From contig JBGOTO010000003.1 of NCBI GenBank assembly GCA_041476485.1, positions 1-47,577 on the forward strand: 47,577 nt of DNA, read 5' to 3'. Position numbers and translations under genes: made by a program. This stretch comes from Nitrospirota bacterium. Its GTDB lineage: Bacteria > Nitrospirota > UBA9217. The notes below the pieces were generated by a model. That model did not search any database, was not told the DNA's origin, and was given only the letters and a program-made list of their open reading frames with translations. Position 1 is the first letter of the stretch; each line of letters begins with the position of its first letter. Of this stretch, positions 46,602 through 47,577 are shown in pieces.

Positions 46602-47402
46602 ATGGGGCTTGTACTACGGTTGTTTTGCATGCTCTGTATTTTTCTTTTGTATTCCATTCCCGCGACCGGTCGGAACAAGCCGGTGCCGGAGGAATACGGC
46701 CGGGTGATTATCGACAACTTTTCACGCCGCGCCGGGCTCGCCCCGGTGCGGTTCGATCACTGGCTCCACCGGGCGATCTATACGTGCAGGCTCTGTCATG
46801 TGGACATCGGCTTTGCGATGCAGGCGAACGAAACGAAAATCAAGGCCGATGCGAACGAAAAGGGGTTTTACTGCGGAGCGTGCCACGATGGGGCCCGGAC
46901 TTATAATGAAAGTAAAATCTTTCCGTCGTGTTCGACGAAAACGGTGAAGCCCGAAGCAGGCAAACGGTGCACGCGATGTCATTCCACCGGCACCAACGCT
47001 GAAAAGAAGCTTGAGTACGCCGCGTTCACGGCGCAGTTCCCAAAGCAAACGTACTGGAACCTCATTGACTGGGAAAAAGCCGAAGCCGCGTGGCTCGTTC
47101 GGCCGATTGATTTTCTGGAAGGAGTTTCCCTGCCGAGGCGGGCGCTCAAGGCGCAGAAGGACTTTTCCATCGCCTCGAAGAGCACGTGGATGCCGGACAT
47201 TATCTTTTCGCACCGAAAACATATCACGTGGAACGGCTGCGAGGTCTGCCACCCGGAAATTTTCCCGAGCGTCAAAAAAGGAGCGGTGCCCTATACCATG
47301 CTGGAAATCTCGGCGGGCCGGTACTGCGGCGTCTGCCACGGCCGTGTTGCATTCCCCCTCAATGAATGCGAGCGATGCCACACCACGCCGGTCGCCCGGT
47401 AG
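46602..47402 (+). CDS. Hexaheme c7-type cytochrome c (paralog of 45442-46239)
   Basis: Six CxxCH motifs (CRLCH, CGACH, CTRCH, CEVCH, CGVCH, CERCH); colinear with the upstream cytochrome. Confidence 0.9.
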   Translation: MGLVLRLFCMLCIFLLYSIPATGRNKPVPEEYGRVIIDNFSRRAGLAPVRFDHWLHRAIYTCRLCHVDIGFAMQANETKIKADANEKGFYCGACHDGARTYNESKIFPSCSTKTVKPEAGKRCTRCHSTGTNAEKKLEYAAFTAQFPKQTYWNLIDWEKAEAAWLVRPIDFLEGVSLPRRALKAQKDFSIASKSTWMPDIIFSHRKHITWNGCEVCHPEIFPSVKKGAVPYTMLEISAGRYCGVCHGRVAFPLNECERCHTTPVAR

Positions 47403-47577
47403 GGATTCCCATACCGGGCCACATGGTCGCGGCTACCGAGCGTAAGGGGTGTTGTATACAATTCTGAAAAAGAGCGCGTTATTTGAGCGGAACGAATATC
47501 TGGATCCGATTGTTGCCCCTGTCCGTGACAAAAAGAGCGCCGGCCTTGTCGGCGCAGAGTTGGGCGGGATAACGGAC

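Overview
Bacterial chromosomal window, GC-rich, with gene content suggestive of Nitrospirota or Desulfobacterota (inference). Bases ~1-4200 are an AT-richer integron-type gene-cassette array on the minus strand with no intI in the window. It holds four cassette ORFs, attC sites and an attI-like site. At its head are a 5'-truncated small gene with a DUF5710-like C-terminus and five 18-bp quasi-palindromes. Three related ~217-bp MITE-like elements sit exactly at the GTT crossover triplet of attC sites, all in the same orientation; this is the most novel-looking signal. The rest is mostly housekeeping: dNK-folK, the argG-argH-(Fn3 lipoprotein)-lysA-dapF-dapA-dapB-dsbC-dapL run, cyclophilin, PilZ, bacterioferritin, panC, GAF-GGDEF, LOG, AI-2E, pdxA, gltX and atpBE. 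A lactate-utilisation cluster follows (sensor kinase, NarL regulator, Dld-II, permease, LutC, LutB-CCG fusion) with a shared 40-bp operator, then pntAB and two hexaheme c7-type cytochromes. An orphan GH19 endolysin-like gene and an orphan 3TM holin occur without any prophage. A second MITE family and several short inverted tandem-repeat elements occupy intergenic spaces.
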